A DNA stretch of 64,000 nucleotides from Escherichia phage chee24: the sequence record NC_047885.1; one strand, given 5' to 3'. The stretch's first letter is position 1. Each line of letters opens with the position of its first letter. Shown piece after piece: positions 29,601-39,845 of this stretch. The notes under the pieces were generated by a model, which was not told where the DNA came from, ran no database searches, and was given only the letters and a program-made list of their open reading frames with translations. Made by a program: the position numbers and the translations under genes.

Positions 29601-30026
29601 TGCAAGTCTACGACTAGTTTCAGCATTTTGAGCCGCTAATTCAGCAGAATCTCTAAATCCTTTAGACTCTTCCGCCGATGTAGCAGATGCTTCAGCACTC
29701 TTTTGAGATAAACCAGCTTGTTTTTTAGCTTCGGCCGCAGATGCCGCTGATTGGGTTGCAGATGTTTCAGAAGAAGTAGCATAGATACTAGCCATGTTTT
29801 CTGAATCTTTTGCCTTATTCTCAGAATCTTTAGCAGCAATTTCAGAACCTTTTGCTGCTGCCGCAGAAGCAGCGGTGGCTTCTACAGCAGCAGTTAATTC
29901 ACCAGCAGTAATAGAACTAATAGAACTTCCTAAAACTACTGTATATTTAGGATACTTACTAGCAGTAGTTGTAGTGTCATCTATGTTCAGGATCTGCTGT
30001 ACAATAATTTTAGTTTTAAGTGCCAT
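26676..30026 (-). CDS. L-shaped tail fibre protein (LtfA-like) with C-terminal intramolecular chaperone domain
   Basis: 1116 aa; N-terminal Ala-rich coiled coil; C-terminal SDRDIKRDINY...GVIAQDLYK...coiled-coil tail. Confidence 0.75.
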   Translation of the reverse strand: MALKTKIIVQQILNIDDTTTTASKYPKYTVVLGSSISSITAGELTAAVEATAASAAAAKGSEIAAKDSENKAKDSENMASIYATSSETSATQSAASAAEAKKQAGLSQKSAEASATSAEESKGFRDSAELAAQNAETSRRLAEQAKTAAQQAQTAAEAAKTGAETAKDGADAAATTAGEHAAAAKQSELNAKISETNAAGSATEAGDKAIDATTEADRAKAEADRATQIVDSKLDKVDISGFIKVYKTKAEADADVVNRVLDEKVLVWNQTDSKYGWYKVAGTAEAPVLELVEIEQKLVSINNVHADDAGNVQITLPGGNPSLWLGEVTWFPYNKDSGVGYPGVLPADGREVLRVDYPDTWEAIEAGLIPSVTEEQWQAGATLYFSTGDGSTTFRLPDMMQGQAFRAPTKGEEDAGAIKEQIPYITTVNGVGPADDTGAIKLPYVAMVNGAIIPDENGNLALGNVVTKNVWNGTDGEVLLRGAFGLGGTGIALNEPDIVSFFKAMRAFGSGYYRNDTGFDGLPAYAAGFYSRVADTNSFICPAYGSASVFVAAINDGGLDGENPTVHTNILYGTVNKPDLNGDTQGVLSLAKGGTGATTVGAAKKALEVGGVFCNDSPADAAFNSLQSPAGIHEFRITNDGTWGVWKRGEETVAALPIGSGGTGATDKVAARDNFGLGYHNTTRFTGVDLSNPESIPYSGILNLNRLKESDQNVITQGRIYHEMQSGLAKITLHINNTLNGANRYIQFVENGDLTGLQNVHAVNYLASGYVTAQGWIKGGEKIYIQQTGGGNREISMVVPTPNNDPGAGSWVNLLQGNWYNGYWQVGGIRGSGPDLDCLRIGVNNSGTDWKEFNFYNSFGGHITAQRGFRGQCIQGSWGLEWNYMGAPFHAESVINNDGGWSPFVSGGTVSTGGYSLRVGLGCISNGNAAWPDAALKLNGDGQFHRSFTFRTNGSIYTWGNDPWGGNYDIAMNPSSDRDIKRDINYDDGLASYENIKQFKPTTFIYKLDKYNRVRRGVIAQDLYKIDPEYVKLVPGSPIIETSEHHCCDEETENVEGKIIDYNDDTLALDINPIAIDTALAVRYLSLKFEESQEELKSVKAELAELKALVATLVNK

Positions 30027-30448
30027 TATTGAGTTACCCCGTCACTTACATAAACCTTTCCTTCCATAATACGGAAAGAACTGACTTCTGAACCAATAAC
30101 ATCGCGAGTCATTAGAATATCGTAATAACCTGCGAAACGTTGTCTTGGGTTATATTTATCACGCTCTTTGGATGCCTTAATACCGATATTATTAACATCT
30201 CCAACACTAAGGCTAATAGCAGCAGCTCCTTGAGCCGCATCGATTATACGAGTTTTAAAAGTAGCTAAAGTTTCCGCATCCTCGTCAAGACTTGCTTTAA
30301 TCGTTCCACGGAGTGAATAACCTGTTAGATTAACAGGTATTTCAGAGGGAGGGTATACACTATCATCAACATCCATAAACTGCATGATAAGACCATAAGG
30401 CACTTTCTCATCAACAACAATATCAATTACTCTATTTTCTGTACTCAT
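30026..30448 (-). CDS. tail collar protein (T5 p132-like)
   Basis: 140 aa, located between the fibre and tail-tip genes; assigned by size and synteny with T5 p132. Confidence 0.45.
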   Translation of the reverse strand: MSTENRVIDIVVDEKVPYGLIMQFMDVDDSVYPPSEIPVNLTGYSLRGTIKASLDEDAETLATFKTRIIDAAQGAAAISLSVGDVNNIGIKASKERDKYNPRQRFAGYYDILMTRDVIGSEVSSFRIMEGKVYVSDGVTQ

Positions 30449-30454
30449 TATTTA

Positions 30455-32527
30455 TTACCTTATATGGATATACCCACTATTTAGGTCTATCTTCATCTTG
30501 TAGTATGCCTCAGGATTCCCGGATAGCGCAGCATTTCTATCATAAATGATATTAACACCAATTTGAGACAAGAAAGCATTTCCGGCTACAATTTTATCCG
30601 CCGTCACCGTCCCATTAACAATCATGTTCCCATGAAGAACCATTGCAGGGTTAACCCACCCAGATCCATTCCATTGTCTGGTAAATGCTGATTGTGGAGA
30701 ATTACTATTAAATTCGGTTAATACATCATATCTAACAGGAGGACTACCAAAGTTATTCTGGAAGAAGGCATTAGCCTGCCCATCATCCCAGCCTCCAAGA
30801 CCAGGAATACCTAAGGAGTACATTCCAGGACCACGTTGTCCATCATGTCCTATAGTACCTTCAGTACCACTCCACTGAACTACATCAGACCAGCTAGTAC
30901 CTTCAAGAAGTTTGTTAGTAACGGGATCAAGTGTACCCGTAGTCGCATAGATATTTTGAGTCATATCTGTACGATTAGGTGGAGTTTTCGACCAACCAGG
31001 AGGCGGATAATCTTGCTCTAGTGGTTTTGCTGGAAGTGAGGTTGCTAACTTATAAACAAATACTGTCTGTTTACCTTGTAATCCAGTTCCAATATCTACG
31101 TCACCATTTGGTGTTCCAATGACTACACCACTAGAGATACGCAAAGTAGTACCATCATAACGTATCCATTGTGTAGCGTTACCAATGTCTAATTTAGCTT
31201 TGGCAGAGGTATTATCCATACCCATCCAAATACCAGAGTTATTATCCCCCCAAGATTTACCTTGAGTATAAATTGCTGGATTATCCTTACCAGATAAATT
31301 AGTCATGATAAAGTTCGCAGCATTAATATCTCTAGTAATTACTTTACCGTCAACGTTAACAACACGGTTTATAGGGTCAAAAGAAATAGGTGCTTTTCCT
31401 TCTTCATCTAGCAGACCAATGTTAATAGCACCAGTAGCTGCGTCGATTAAGAATGTCTGTCTCCAGATTTCTCCATCTTTCATACTGCCCTTAATAAAGG
31501 CGTAATTAACATCAATACCCGTCTCATTGACAAAGCTGTTGTCTAGAGGAGTATCTTCATTCAATATAAATGTTACAGGAGCTGATTCTGTTATATCTTG
31601 CTTATTTGGTCCCCAGGCAATTGATGATACCTTAAAAGTATGCTCAACTTTCCATGGGAATGATATAATTGTTGCAGCTCTAGCCGCCCCAACGTTTATC
31701 TTTTGAGCTTTAGCCCAACCAGTCTTAGCGTATTCTTCAGAGTTTATATAAGTAACCAGAAATTCACGGACATTAGCACCAGCACCACGTTCCCAGTCCC
31801 ATTCTATTCTAACATCATATCGTTCCTTACCGTCTGCGATTCGTGCAGCTTTAAAGGCAATGTTAGTAGGTGCAGTAGGCGGTACGAAATTATAAGCTAC
31901 AGTGAAAACGCTAGGATATTCATAATATCCAGATGAGTCAACTGTAACACCATCTGGCATCGTAACTTGACCAGATATTCTGATCTTATAGTCTCCAACA
32001 GGAACACCACCAAATTTGATAGTAGGTCCCAGCGCACCTATATAATACTTAACCCATTCACTTTCTTCTGATGCAGTACTTTTTAATTCAATAGTGCAGT
32101 AACTAGCTTCACCAGCAGTCTCTACAACAACTATTGGAGCACCAACACCAACATCAACGGGTTCTGATTCAGATCTTGCTGCAGTAATTATTGGCTTTTC
32201 CTTTGTTCTAAAATTAGTTTCATTAGAGAGGTTGATACCAATTTTTGCATTTAAAAGCTCTGAGTCAATAATTGAGTCATAGAAAGCCCCCTGAATCTCA
32301 TAGGAGGTAGAGGGGGTTAGATTATTAATCATTACGAAGAAAGTATCTATACCGGTGTAATCACGTCTATCTATACTTTCTCCTATTTTTAACCAAAAAG
32401 ATCTACCAATAACATCATAATCAGTATAAATGGAGTGCTGGACATAAGCCAAAGTATATCCAGTCATTATACTATTTAAGACCATTTTGGCTGGTGCATT
32501 ATTTGAAATCATTAAATGGATGCCCAC
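30455..32527 (-). CDS. tail-tip central fibre / baseplate protein (T5 pb4-like)
   Basis: 690 aa; synteny and size match T5 pb4 (about 688 aa); beta-rich G/T/N composition. Confidence 0.55.
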   Translation of the reverse strand: MGIHLMISNNAPAKMVLNSIMTGYTLAYVQHSIYTDYDVIGRSFWLKIGESIDRRDYTGIDTFFVMINNLTPSTSYEIQGAFYDSIIDSELLNAKIGINLSNETNFRTKEKPIITAARSESEPVDVGVGAPIVVVETAGEASYCTIELKSTASEESEWVKYYIGALGPTIKFGGVPVGDYKIRISGQVTMPDGVTVDSSGYYEYPSVFTVAYNFVPPTAPTNIAFKAARIADGKERYDVRIEWDWERGAGANVREFLVTYINSEEYAKTGWAKAQKINVGAARAATIISFPWKVEHTFKVSSIAWGPNKQDITESAPVTFILNEDTPLDNSFVNETGIDVNYAFIKGSMKDGEIWRQTFLIDAATGAINIGLLDEEGKAPISFDPINRVVNVDGKVITRDINAANFIMTNLSGKDNPAIYTQGKSWGDNNSGIWMGMDNTSAKAKLDIGNATQWIRYDGTTLRISSGVVIGTPNGDVDIGTGLQGKQTVFVYKLATSLPAKPLEQDYPPPGWSKTPPNRTDMTQNIYATTGTLDPVTNKLLEGTSWSDVVQWSGTEGTIGHDGQRGPGMYSLGIPGLGGWDDGQANAFFQNNFGSPPVRYDVLTEFNSNSPQSAFTRQWNGSGWVNPAMVLHGNMIVNGTVTADKIVAGNAFLSQIGVNIIYDRNAALSGNPEAYYKMKIDLNSGYIHIR

Positions 32528-35361
32528 TCCACAGACTGTTCTCCATCATCTCCTTCAGCCCTAATACGAAAATACAATTTTCTATTTATACCTAGAGCAC
32601 CACTGTTGTGGAGAGCAAAATCTGCCTTATTATATGTTAGTAAATAGTCATAAGTATACTGATTTTCAATACGTACACTTCTTAACATCCTATTTTGTGA
32701 ATCGTGTATTTCAAGGGTATAAAATATACTCTCTATTATATCTTCTTCCGGTATCCTATCCCAAGCTAGTTTTACATCTGGGCCGACAAACTCAGTTACA
32801 TCCCCAGAGGCCGTATTAGTTACTCTAAAATTAGATACTACGCTTAGGTTTTTAGCAGAGTTAAGCTCTATAGATAATGTTACTGGAGAACTTCTTCTAC
32901 CATTAATATCTACTGCCCTTATCTCAAATATAGCCAGACCTGCTGGTTCCCCAATTATTTCTTGGATCATACGTTCGTTAGGATTGGTCTCTAACTGTTG
33001 TATTATGTAAGGTTCGGCATGGCCTGAGTGCACAATAGAGTAGTAAACTACATTATTGGTTAGACTCGGAAGCCAGGATAACTCACCATTTTTACCTATA
33101 GAACCAACTAAGCCGCCGGGTGTAGGAGTATACTTAAAATCTCTAGGAGGAAGAACATTGTTACTAATATCTGGTATATCATTACCGCTATTATCAACCT
33201 GCTCAGAGTTGATGAATACATCTTCTCCATACTCCTGTAGAGTAACATTAATCTTACCCTCTCTAGAGTTTTCAACCTCATCAACTAGGAAATACTTTTT
33301 GTCCCATCCATAACGATCATATGTGAATGCAATAGCATCATTAGGCTCAATACCAATGAATTGATATGGCAATGAGAAAGAAAGTGTTCTTGAGTATCTG
33401 GATTTCTTAAGTTCTCTATCCGCAAAACTTCTTGCAGTATAGTAATTAGTAATATTAGCAAAAGATAGTTGTAATTTTTTATCCAGGTTCTTGTCCTGTT
33501 CCTTATACCTGGAGTTATAGAATGTAATGGAATTAGTTTTCCAGCTAAGGGCTGGATCTACGATAGATGCTTGAACTGAGTTGAATTTATTTCTACCAGT
33601 AGTATCAGATAGCTCCAAATCACCGTAAGTATCTAGAAAATTAATCTCTAATGGAGTATTAGAGTATTTTTCTACAGTAACCCTGTACTGGCCAGATAAG
33701 TTGTTAATAGCCCCACCGTAGGACTCTAATAAACCTTGCACATTTTTAAATACTGATTCAGATGTATCCAGAATAGTATTCATTTGTACTATTTGTCTAT
33801 TTTCTGCTAGTGGATCAGTCCACCCAACGTATCTCCAATATGGCTGCCAAGATACCTGATAGGATTCATCTATAATATCTAAAATAGCTGCTTCCTGTAT
33901 TAATTGCTGAAGGGGGAACTGATCAATGGTAATACTAGCGCCATATCTATCAGAGGTTAAGTAATCAAGTGTTTGCCAAATACCATTTAAACTAGTACTA
34001 TTAGCAGTTACTCTACCATCAGAATGATAGACTTTTACTTTTTTACCTTGAATTTCAGCACTAACTTCAGGAATCTCAGTCCTATTTTCATTAATAGTGA
34101 AGCGCACCACTGCGTATGCAGTATCTAGTAGTTTATACCTAGCATCCCAGTACTCCGGTCCATTGCCATTCATATTCTGAAGGTAGAACCCACGTTCTTT
34201 AGCTATATCTACTAGTACTTCAGAAGCCGTTTGGTCAGGTTTTCCATGATACGTCCAAATTCTTATATCACCATTACCATCATTATATTTATATTCCTGG
34301 CCATGCACAGAAGGACTACTAGAAGATATTCCTGATGCTATTCTTTGCATGGTGTCTCCGGCTACTTTTTTAACACCGAAACAGGTTCTAGCAGAGCTAT
34401 CATTAGAGTCCATACAAATCATAGGGTTATCCCCAAAGGAAAAGTCAAGAAAACCGTCTATCTCTCCTTCAGCAAAAGCATATACTACGTAAACTATATT
34501 AGGATTGTGTAATTCCGTATCCGCAAAAATAGGTATTCCCGGTACTTTCTGTACACCATAAACTACTGGTAGATACTTAGCAGCAAGGTTAAAATCTATA
34601 TCTACTTCTTTAGTAACAGTCTCATAATACTTTTTAAGACTATAACTTCTAGATAGTCCAAATAGCTTTTTCTTAGACTTTAGCTTGTATCTTTCTTCCT
34701 GTACCTGATACTTTGCTAGAATAGAGATACTTTTATTGGCATGAAAGAAACCGTAGTCTTCTTGGTACTCAAGTCTTTTAGCCCCGTTAGATGGAAGTAA
34801 TTGTCCTGCTACAACTTCAAGCCCTCTATGAGAAGCATCATCAGTAAATCTACCATTAACCCTATCAAAATCATAGAATTGGTTAGAACAATTCCAAGTA
34901 ATTGTGGAGGTTCCAACTCCCGAAGTGCTAATATTATCCTTAATACCTCCACCAGTAATTCTACCTCTAAAGTATAATAAAGGCCCATTTGTGTCTGGGT
35001 CTACAGGTAAAATAGAACCATCTTCTGTAATAATTGCTTGGTGAATTGATACTAATCTATCTAAAAAAGACACACCATTCTGCACTAATTTCAGTACTTC
35101 ATCCTGCGCTGTACCTGTAATAGTAAAAGATAGGCTGCCAATAGATAAATCTCTATTTTGTTTATGTGTGCTAATAGACTTAACTTTACCGGCCTGGTAC
35201 AAAATACCATTATATAGTACATCTCTAAAATAGTCAGTTAAGTAAATAAAAGCAGTACTAGTACCAGTAGAGCCGGGTAATTCTAGAGAAATTAGACTAG
35301 CAGTTTTTATTCTGCTATTATTTTTTAAGTAGTTTCTAGCACTATCTAATATTTTTTTCAT
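32512..35361 (-). CDS. baseplate hub protein (T5 pb3-like)
   Basis: 949 aa, same length as T5 pb3; lies between the Dit-like and pb4-like genes. Confidence 0.55.
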   Translation of the reverse strand: MKKILDSARNYLKNNSRIKTASLISLELPGSTGTSTAFIYLTDYFRDVLYNGILYQAGKVKSISTHKQNRDLSIGSLSFTITGTAQDEVLKLVQNGVSFLDRLVSIHQAIITEDGSILPVDPDTNGPLLYFRGRITGGGIKDNISTSGVGTSTITWNCSNQFYDFDRVNGRFTDDASHRGLEVVAGQLLPSNGAKRLEYQEDYGFFHANKSISILAKYQVQEERYKLKSKKKLFGLSRSYSLKKYYETVTKEVDIDFNLAAKYLPVVYGVQKVPGIPIFADTELHNPNIVYVVYAFAEGEIDGFLDFSFGDNPMICMDSNDSSARTCFGVKKVAGDTMQRIASGISSSSPSVHGQEYKYNDGNGDIRIWTYHGKPDQTASEVLVDIAKERGFYLQNMNGNGPEYWDARYKLLDTAYAVVRFTINENRTEIPEVSAEIQGKKVKVYHSDGRVTANSTSLNGIWQTLDYLTSDRYGASITIDQFPLQQLIQEAAILDIIDESYQVSWQPYWRYVGWTDPLAENRQIVQMNTILDTSESVFKNVQGLLESYGGAINNLSGQYRVTVEKYSNTPLEINFLDTYGDLELSDTTGRNKFNSVQASIVDPALSWKTNSITFYNSRYKEQDKNLDKKLQLSFANITNYYTARSFADRELKKSRYSRTLSFSLPYQFIGIEPNDAIAFTYDRYGWDKKYFLVDEVENSREGKINVTLQEYGEDVFINSEQVDNSGNDIPDISNNVLPPRDFKYTPTPGGLVGSIGKNGELSWLPSLTNNVVYYSIVHSGHAEPYIIQQLETNPNERMIQEIIGEPAGLAIFEIRAVDINGRRSSPVTLSIELNSAKNLSVVSNFRVTNTASGDVTEFVGPDVKLAWDRIPEEDIIESIFYTLEIHDSQNRMLRSVRIENQYTYDYLLTYNKADFALHNSGALGINRKLYFRIRAEGDDGEQSVEWASI

Positions 35362-35972
35362 AGACTTTCCCGTAAATTTAATGAGATGTTGGAATATGTT
35401 CCGTTATTATTTAGTGTAGATCCAAAAGCATCACCATTCATGAGTTTTGTTCTAAATAGTATTCCATTAAATACTGGCTTCTCCGCTCCAGTAGTAGTTA
35501 TAAATAAATCAGGATATAAGTTTATAGACCATGTATTACCTGATTTGTTAAATGATGTTATTTTATATACTTTTGGGTGGTTAGACAGCTTAAATAGATC
35601 CCCCGGTTTTGGAGTACCTGTAAGAAGTCCTTTTGTATCCATAGTTATATTAGAACCCTTCTGTCCAGCAGGTATATTTACTAGACTAGTATTACCTCTA
35701 ACTCTAAAAGCTTCGTATTGGGGTAATATAACATCTATATAACCACCAGTCCTTTTGTATTCTAGAATAAAAGCATCTAGAACACTATATTCATCTGGAA
35801 ATAATTCTGGATAAGAAATATTTATACCCCAGTATTGAGCAGATACCTTAACTTCGTTAACTTTACCATTTGGTAACTCATCACGAATTACTGGGTCATT
35901 ATCAATCAGGTTAACACTTTCGAATCCTAAGCCTGAAAGTTCTGGATTCGTGTATGGGTCTGGTAATCTCAT
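35358..35972 (-). CDS. distal tail protein (Dit; T5 pb9-like)
   Basis: 204 aa, immediately downstream (- strand) of the tape measure gene; RBS AAAGAGGAG. Confidence 0.5.
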   Translation of the reverse strand: MRLPDPYTNPELSGLGFESVNLIDNDPVIRDELPNGKVNEVKVSAQYWGINISYPELFPDEYSVLDAFILEYKRTGGYIDVILPQYEAFRVRGNTSLVNIPAGQKGSNITMDTKGLLTGTPKPGDLFKLSNHPKVYKITSFNKSGNTWSINLYPDLFITTTGAEKPVFNGILFRTKLMNGDAFGSTLNNNGTYSNISLNLRESL

Positions 35973-36043
35973 AGTTAATTTCTCCTCTTTAATAACAATA
36001 TTATAATAGTATTAGAAAATTTTATCAAGAAATTTTTATTTTT

Positions 36044-36074
36044 CCATAAAGAAAAGGAGGACTCAAAGTCCTCC
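36044..36074 (-). terminator. rho-independent terminator after the tape measure gene
   Basis: - strand hairpin GGAGGAC-UUUGA-GUCCUCC followed by UUUUCUUU; the RBS AAAGAGGAG and start of the Dit-like gene follow. Confidence 0.55.
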
Positions 36075-36081
36075 TCCAGTT

Positions 36082-39000
36082 TTAAGAATTTCCTAATGTT
36101 TTCAGACTAGCACCGTTCTCATTCAGAGCTAATTCTACTGCGTCTCTTAGAGCACCACTATTACTAGAAGCAAACTCTCTAAAACTTGCAGCATCCATAG
36201 CACTAATATTCAAGATGATAGGTCTTCCTGAAGTTGAGTTAGATGAGGTTTTTAGCTCATCATTAGGTGTAGCTTTCATAGGAACCATAGGGGTAACTAC
36301 TTCTGTACCATGCTCACCCATTTGATAGCTAACCCCAGGGTACATATTACCACCCTCAGCACGAGGAACGAAAGAGTTAGCACCGCCTATGCCTTTATCA
36401 CCACGGATATAAGATAATTCACCAGCATTAGCAGACATAGACACATCTATATTCTTCTGACGCTCTCCTAAGGTTAGGTAACTAGTTGTATCCGCTCCAG
36501 AATCAGCAATACTTGACATACCAGATGCAGAAGATGCTTGTGCTAATGCCAATGCACCCGCTAAACCTGCCGCAACCATTAGTGGAATAGAGAACGGATA
36601 TGGAACAGCGGTGGCTGCCTGCATTACAGCTACTGCAGTTTGGATGATAATCTGCTTCTTAGCTGCGTCTTGTTGAATCTTCAGCTTTTCAGCTTCCAAC
36701 TTCTTCAACTTAGCTTTAGATGCTTCTGATTTACCATCACGCTTCTGTTCAGCTGCAATAGCCTGATCAATTGCACTAACCTGCTGACTAGCACTATACT
36801 GAATCACAGAAGATACAGCTTGCATACCTGCTGCGATCGTGGAAGTAGTATCTAGTGATTTCATTGAGAACTGAATCATAGCATTAGTTAAATTACCCAT
36901 GCTTTGAGCCACAGCAGTTGCTTCGGAGTTTAGCTCAGATAACTTAGAGATTGCCTGATCATAAGAAGCCATTCTATTTCCCATATCAGCAAAATCTTTA
37001 TCTTCTCCAGATAGTCCAGTTGTAGGAGTGTACACAGCACCTAAAGAAGATCCAACAGAAGCTTGCATCTCCGCATTTCTCTGTGCCCTTAAACCTGCTA
37101 GTTGTGCCCTAGTTTCAGCTATCTTTTTATTATATTCTGCTTGTGCCGCAGCATTACCTAATGTTTTCTGCTTTAAGTCTTCATATAATTTTAGCTGTTC
37201 CTGTAAGCGCTCCGCATTTCCCATTAATGGTTTAGTAGTAAATTGTCTTTGCTGTTCTTCCTCTCTACCAGCAGCCATTGAAGCAATCTGATCTTGGCGG
37301 AATTTCCAGATTTCACGTTCAATTTGGGCTTGAGCACGTCTAGACTGTTCCGCCTCCTTCTGTTTATCAGCTTGTTTTGTATACCATTCGTACTTCTCTT
37401 TTTCAATGGTCAATTCAAGATTTAACTGTGCTAGACGATACTGAGTATCTGTCATAGTACGGTTATTTAAGAGAGCTATCTCACGATCTACACCCAGGAT
37501 TTTATCTGTATAATCCTTAACCTTCTTCTGGGCCTCCATACCCTGATTGGTAAGTTTAAGTTTCTCCAGCTGAATTTTTTCAATTTCTTTCTCAACAGCT
37601 TTATTTCCCTGGTTTGTTTGAAGAACACGGCGTAAAGCAGCTTCTTGCTCTTCTAACTGTTGGAGTTCTAAACGCCTACCGGCTTCCTGTGCTTTTTCTT
37701 TATCCTTAGTTTGGTTATATACATCAGCTATCTTCTGTTGAACTGCTAACTGGTTCTTAGTCTCATTACCGGTTAGTTTAACGTACTCAGATAAGGCCTG
37801 AGACGCAGTTTTCATTTCGGACAGAGTATTGTAGCCTAGGTTAAGATTTTTAACGTATTCATCAGCACTCTTACCAGTACCTAGAGATAGAGATTCTATA
37901 TTTTTTATAGCATCTGCTAAAGTAGCACTAGTTTTAGCAGCAGTATCTGTATTCTGAGCAACGTTCTGTATGTCATTAGCTAAGTCACTAGCCGTTTTCT
38001 TAGTCTGATTGTACGCTTTCTGCTGCTCAGTTAGTCCTTTTAATACAGTAGAGTTAAAATCGTATACAGCATCAGGATCAGTAGTATCTCTCTGTAGATT
38101 AATTTGCTTCTGAAACTCTGGACTAGCCTTTGCAGCAGCGGCACCAGCAGCTTGATACGCTGATTTCCAAGCATTGAGATTCTCTGTAGAATCCTCTACT
38201 TCCTTACCAAGTCTAGTTACTTGTAGACCCATAGCTGCAGTTTCTGCTACAAATTGCTTATTGGCCTCCGAAGCACCTGCTGCTGCAAGACCAACAGGAA
38301 TACCTTCACCAACTTGACGTATAGCTAATTTTGTATAGAAATCTGCTTGTTCCATTCGTTTATCAAACTCAGATTTTAGCTTATTACGCTTATCAAGAGA
38401 TTCCTTATACATATCTAGAGCTTTATTATAGCCTTCTTCAGAAGCAGCTAAACTTAAAGCAACAGCACCAACGTTGGTAGGGTCTATCTGTCTATTAGTT
38501 TTTTCTTGAGCTCTAGCTGCTTCGGCAGATATAGAAGCCTGAGATGTATAAAATACTGTGTTGATAGCGTCAATTACTGGCCCTAAATACTTAGCAGCAG
38601 CTTGTTGTATTTTTCTTAGTGCAGCATCTGCATTAGCAGCAAATTGCTCCCATGGAGTTGCACGTAGTACTTCGTCTAGGTAGCCAAACCGCTTAGTAGA
38701 TTCAGCAATTACCGCGTTAGCGTATGCTTGTTGTTTCTGGAAAGTGGTAAGACTATTAACATTATATGTTATACCTGTGTTTGCAGCATTTAACTGTTTA
38801 ACATAATCAGCGTATGCGTCATTAAGACGGATGGTGACACCAAGTTCATCCAGAAGTTCGATTTCTTGTTTAGATACACCCTTAATTACACGGTTAAGTG
38901 CATCAGTCATATCAACGCCAAGAACAGCAGCAGCACGACGAGCTACTAAACCAAATTTATTAAGTTGTTCGGCATCAAATCCATAAGCAGATGCTGAAGA

Positions 39001-39762
39001 TGCCTGTCTCATTGCTTCCTCAAAAGAAATAGCATATCCAGCAGCTTCTTGTAGTGATCTAGCAAGGGTCTGAACAGGAGTACCTGTCTGAGTACCTACT
39101 ATAACACCAAATTTTTCTAGACGATTTAGCTGATCACCTAGTTTAAGTTGTTCAAATGCTGATTGCAAAACGAAGATGTTGGAAGCAAGAGCTGCGTACA
39201 TAATAGGTAGACTACCACCGATCTTAGCCATTGCCGCAAAATCACGAGTTGCACCACGTGCTGAACCAGAAGTATTACCAATAGCTCTAGAAGCTCTACC
39301 AGCGGCACCAGCAGTATCATTAAAACCTCTAGCTGTACCGCCTAAAACTCTATTGGTGTCATACAATCTATCTTGAACTTTTTCTGTTGCAGCTGCAACA
39401 TCATTACCCATTGCTTTAACAGATCTAGAAACTCCATCGAATCCAATCTCTAGTTTATCTGTTACTTCAATAAGCTGGATAGCCAGGTAGTCTAGCTTAT
39501 CACCAATACCATCAATGGATTTAGTGATACCAGTCATACCCCTACTAGCTTGCATTTTAGTAAGACTTTTCGCTGCTCTGTCTGCTGCCCTCTCAATGGA
39601 ATAAAGAGTTCTGGGCATTTTACCTAACTGCTCATTTGTCAGTTCGGAAGCAGCAGCAGCATTTTCCAACGCATCAGATACGTTTTCAATAGACTTTGCA
39701 GTACGAGTTGCCCCCTTCTGTTTAACGTCTATTAGTAATTCTCGTATTAGCTTATCAGTCAT
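36082..39762 (-). CDS. tail tape measure protein (T5 pb2-like)
   Basis: 1226 aa; long Ala/Gln/Lys-rich coiled-coil regions; hydrophobic stretch (PFSIPLMVAAGLAGALALA) followed by a C-terminal globular domain. Confidence 0.8.
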   Translation of the reverse strand: MTDKLIRELLIDVKQKGATRTAKSIENVSDALENAAAASELTNEQLGKMPRTLYSIERAADRAAKSLTKMQASRGMTGITKSIDGIGDKLDYLAIQLIEVTDKLEIGFDGVSRSVKAMGNDVAAATEKVQDRLYDTNRVLGGTARGFNDTAGAAGRASRAIGNTSGSARGATRDFAAMAKIGGSLPIMYAALASNIFVLQSAFEQLKLGDQLNRLEKFGVIVGTQTGTPVQTLARSLQEAAGYAISFEEAMRQASSASAYGFDAEQLNKFGLVARRAAAVLGVDMTDALNRVIKGVSKQEIELLDELGVTIRLNDAYADYVKQLNAANTGITYNVNSLTTFQKQQAYANAVIAESTKRFGYLDEVLRATPWEQFAANADAALRKIQQAAAKYLGPVIDAINTVFYTSQASISAEAARAQEKTNRQIDPTNVGAVALSLAASEEGYNKALDMYKESLDKRNKLKSEFDKRMEQADFYTKLAIRQVGEGIPVGLAAAGASEANKQFVAETAAMGLQVTRLGKEVEDSTENLNAWKSAYQAAGAAAAKASPEFQKQINLQRDTTDPDAVYDFNSTVLKGLTEQQKAYNQTKKTASDLANDIQNVAQNTDTAAKTSATLADAIKNIESLSLGTGKSADEYVKNLNLGYNTLSEMKTASQALSEYVKLTGNETKNQLAVQQKIADVYNQTKDKEKAQEAGRRLELQQLEEQEAALRRVLQTNQGNKAVEKEIEKIQLEKLKLTNQGMEAQKKVKDYTDKILGVDREIALLNNRTMTDTQYRLAQLNLELTIEKEKYEWYTKQADKQKEAEQSRRAQAQIEREIWKFRQDQIASMAAGREEEQQRQFTTKPLMGNAERLQEQLKLYEDLKQKTLGNAAAQAEYNKKIAETRAQLAGLRAQRNAEMQASVGSSLGAVYTPTTGLSGEDKDFADMGNRMASYDQAISKLSELNSEATAVAQSMGNLTNAMIQFSMKSLDTTSTIAAGMQAVSSVIQYSASQQVSAIDQAIAAEQKRDGKSEASKAKLKKLEAEKLKIQQDAAKKQIIIQTAVAVMQAATAVPYPFSIPLMVAAGLAGALALAQASSASGMSSIADSGADTTSYLTLGERQKNIDVSMSANAGELSYIRGDKGIGGANSFVPRAEGGNMYPGVSYQMGEHGTEVVTPMVPMKATPNDELKTSSNSTSGRPIILNISAMDAASFREFASSNSGALRDAVELALNENGASLKTLGNS

Positions 39763-39779
39763 GTTTTATTTTTCCCAAT

Positions 39780-39810
39780 AAAAAAGGCTCTGGGCAAATC
39801 ACCCAGAGCC
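39780..39810 (-). terminator. rho-independent terminator fused to the tape measure gene start
   Basis: - strand GGCUCUGGG-loop-CCCAGAGCC followed by UUUUUUAUUGGGAAAAAUAAAAC and then the ATG of the tape measure gene. Confidence 0.6.
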
Positions 39811-39845
39811 AAGCCTCATCGTGGAACGCCCATTGGAGGAAACTT

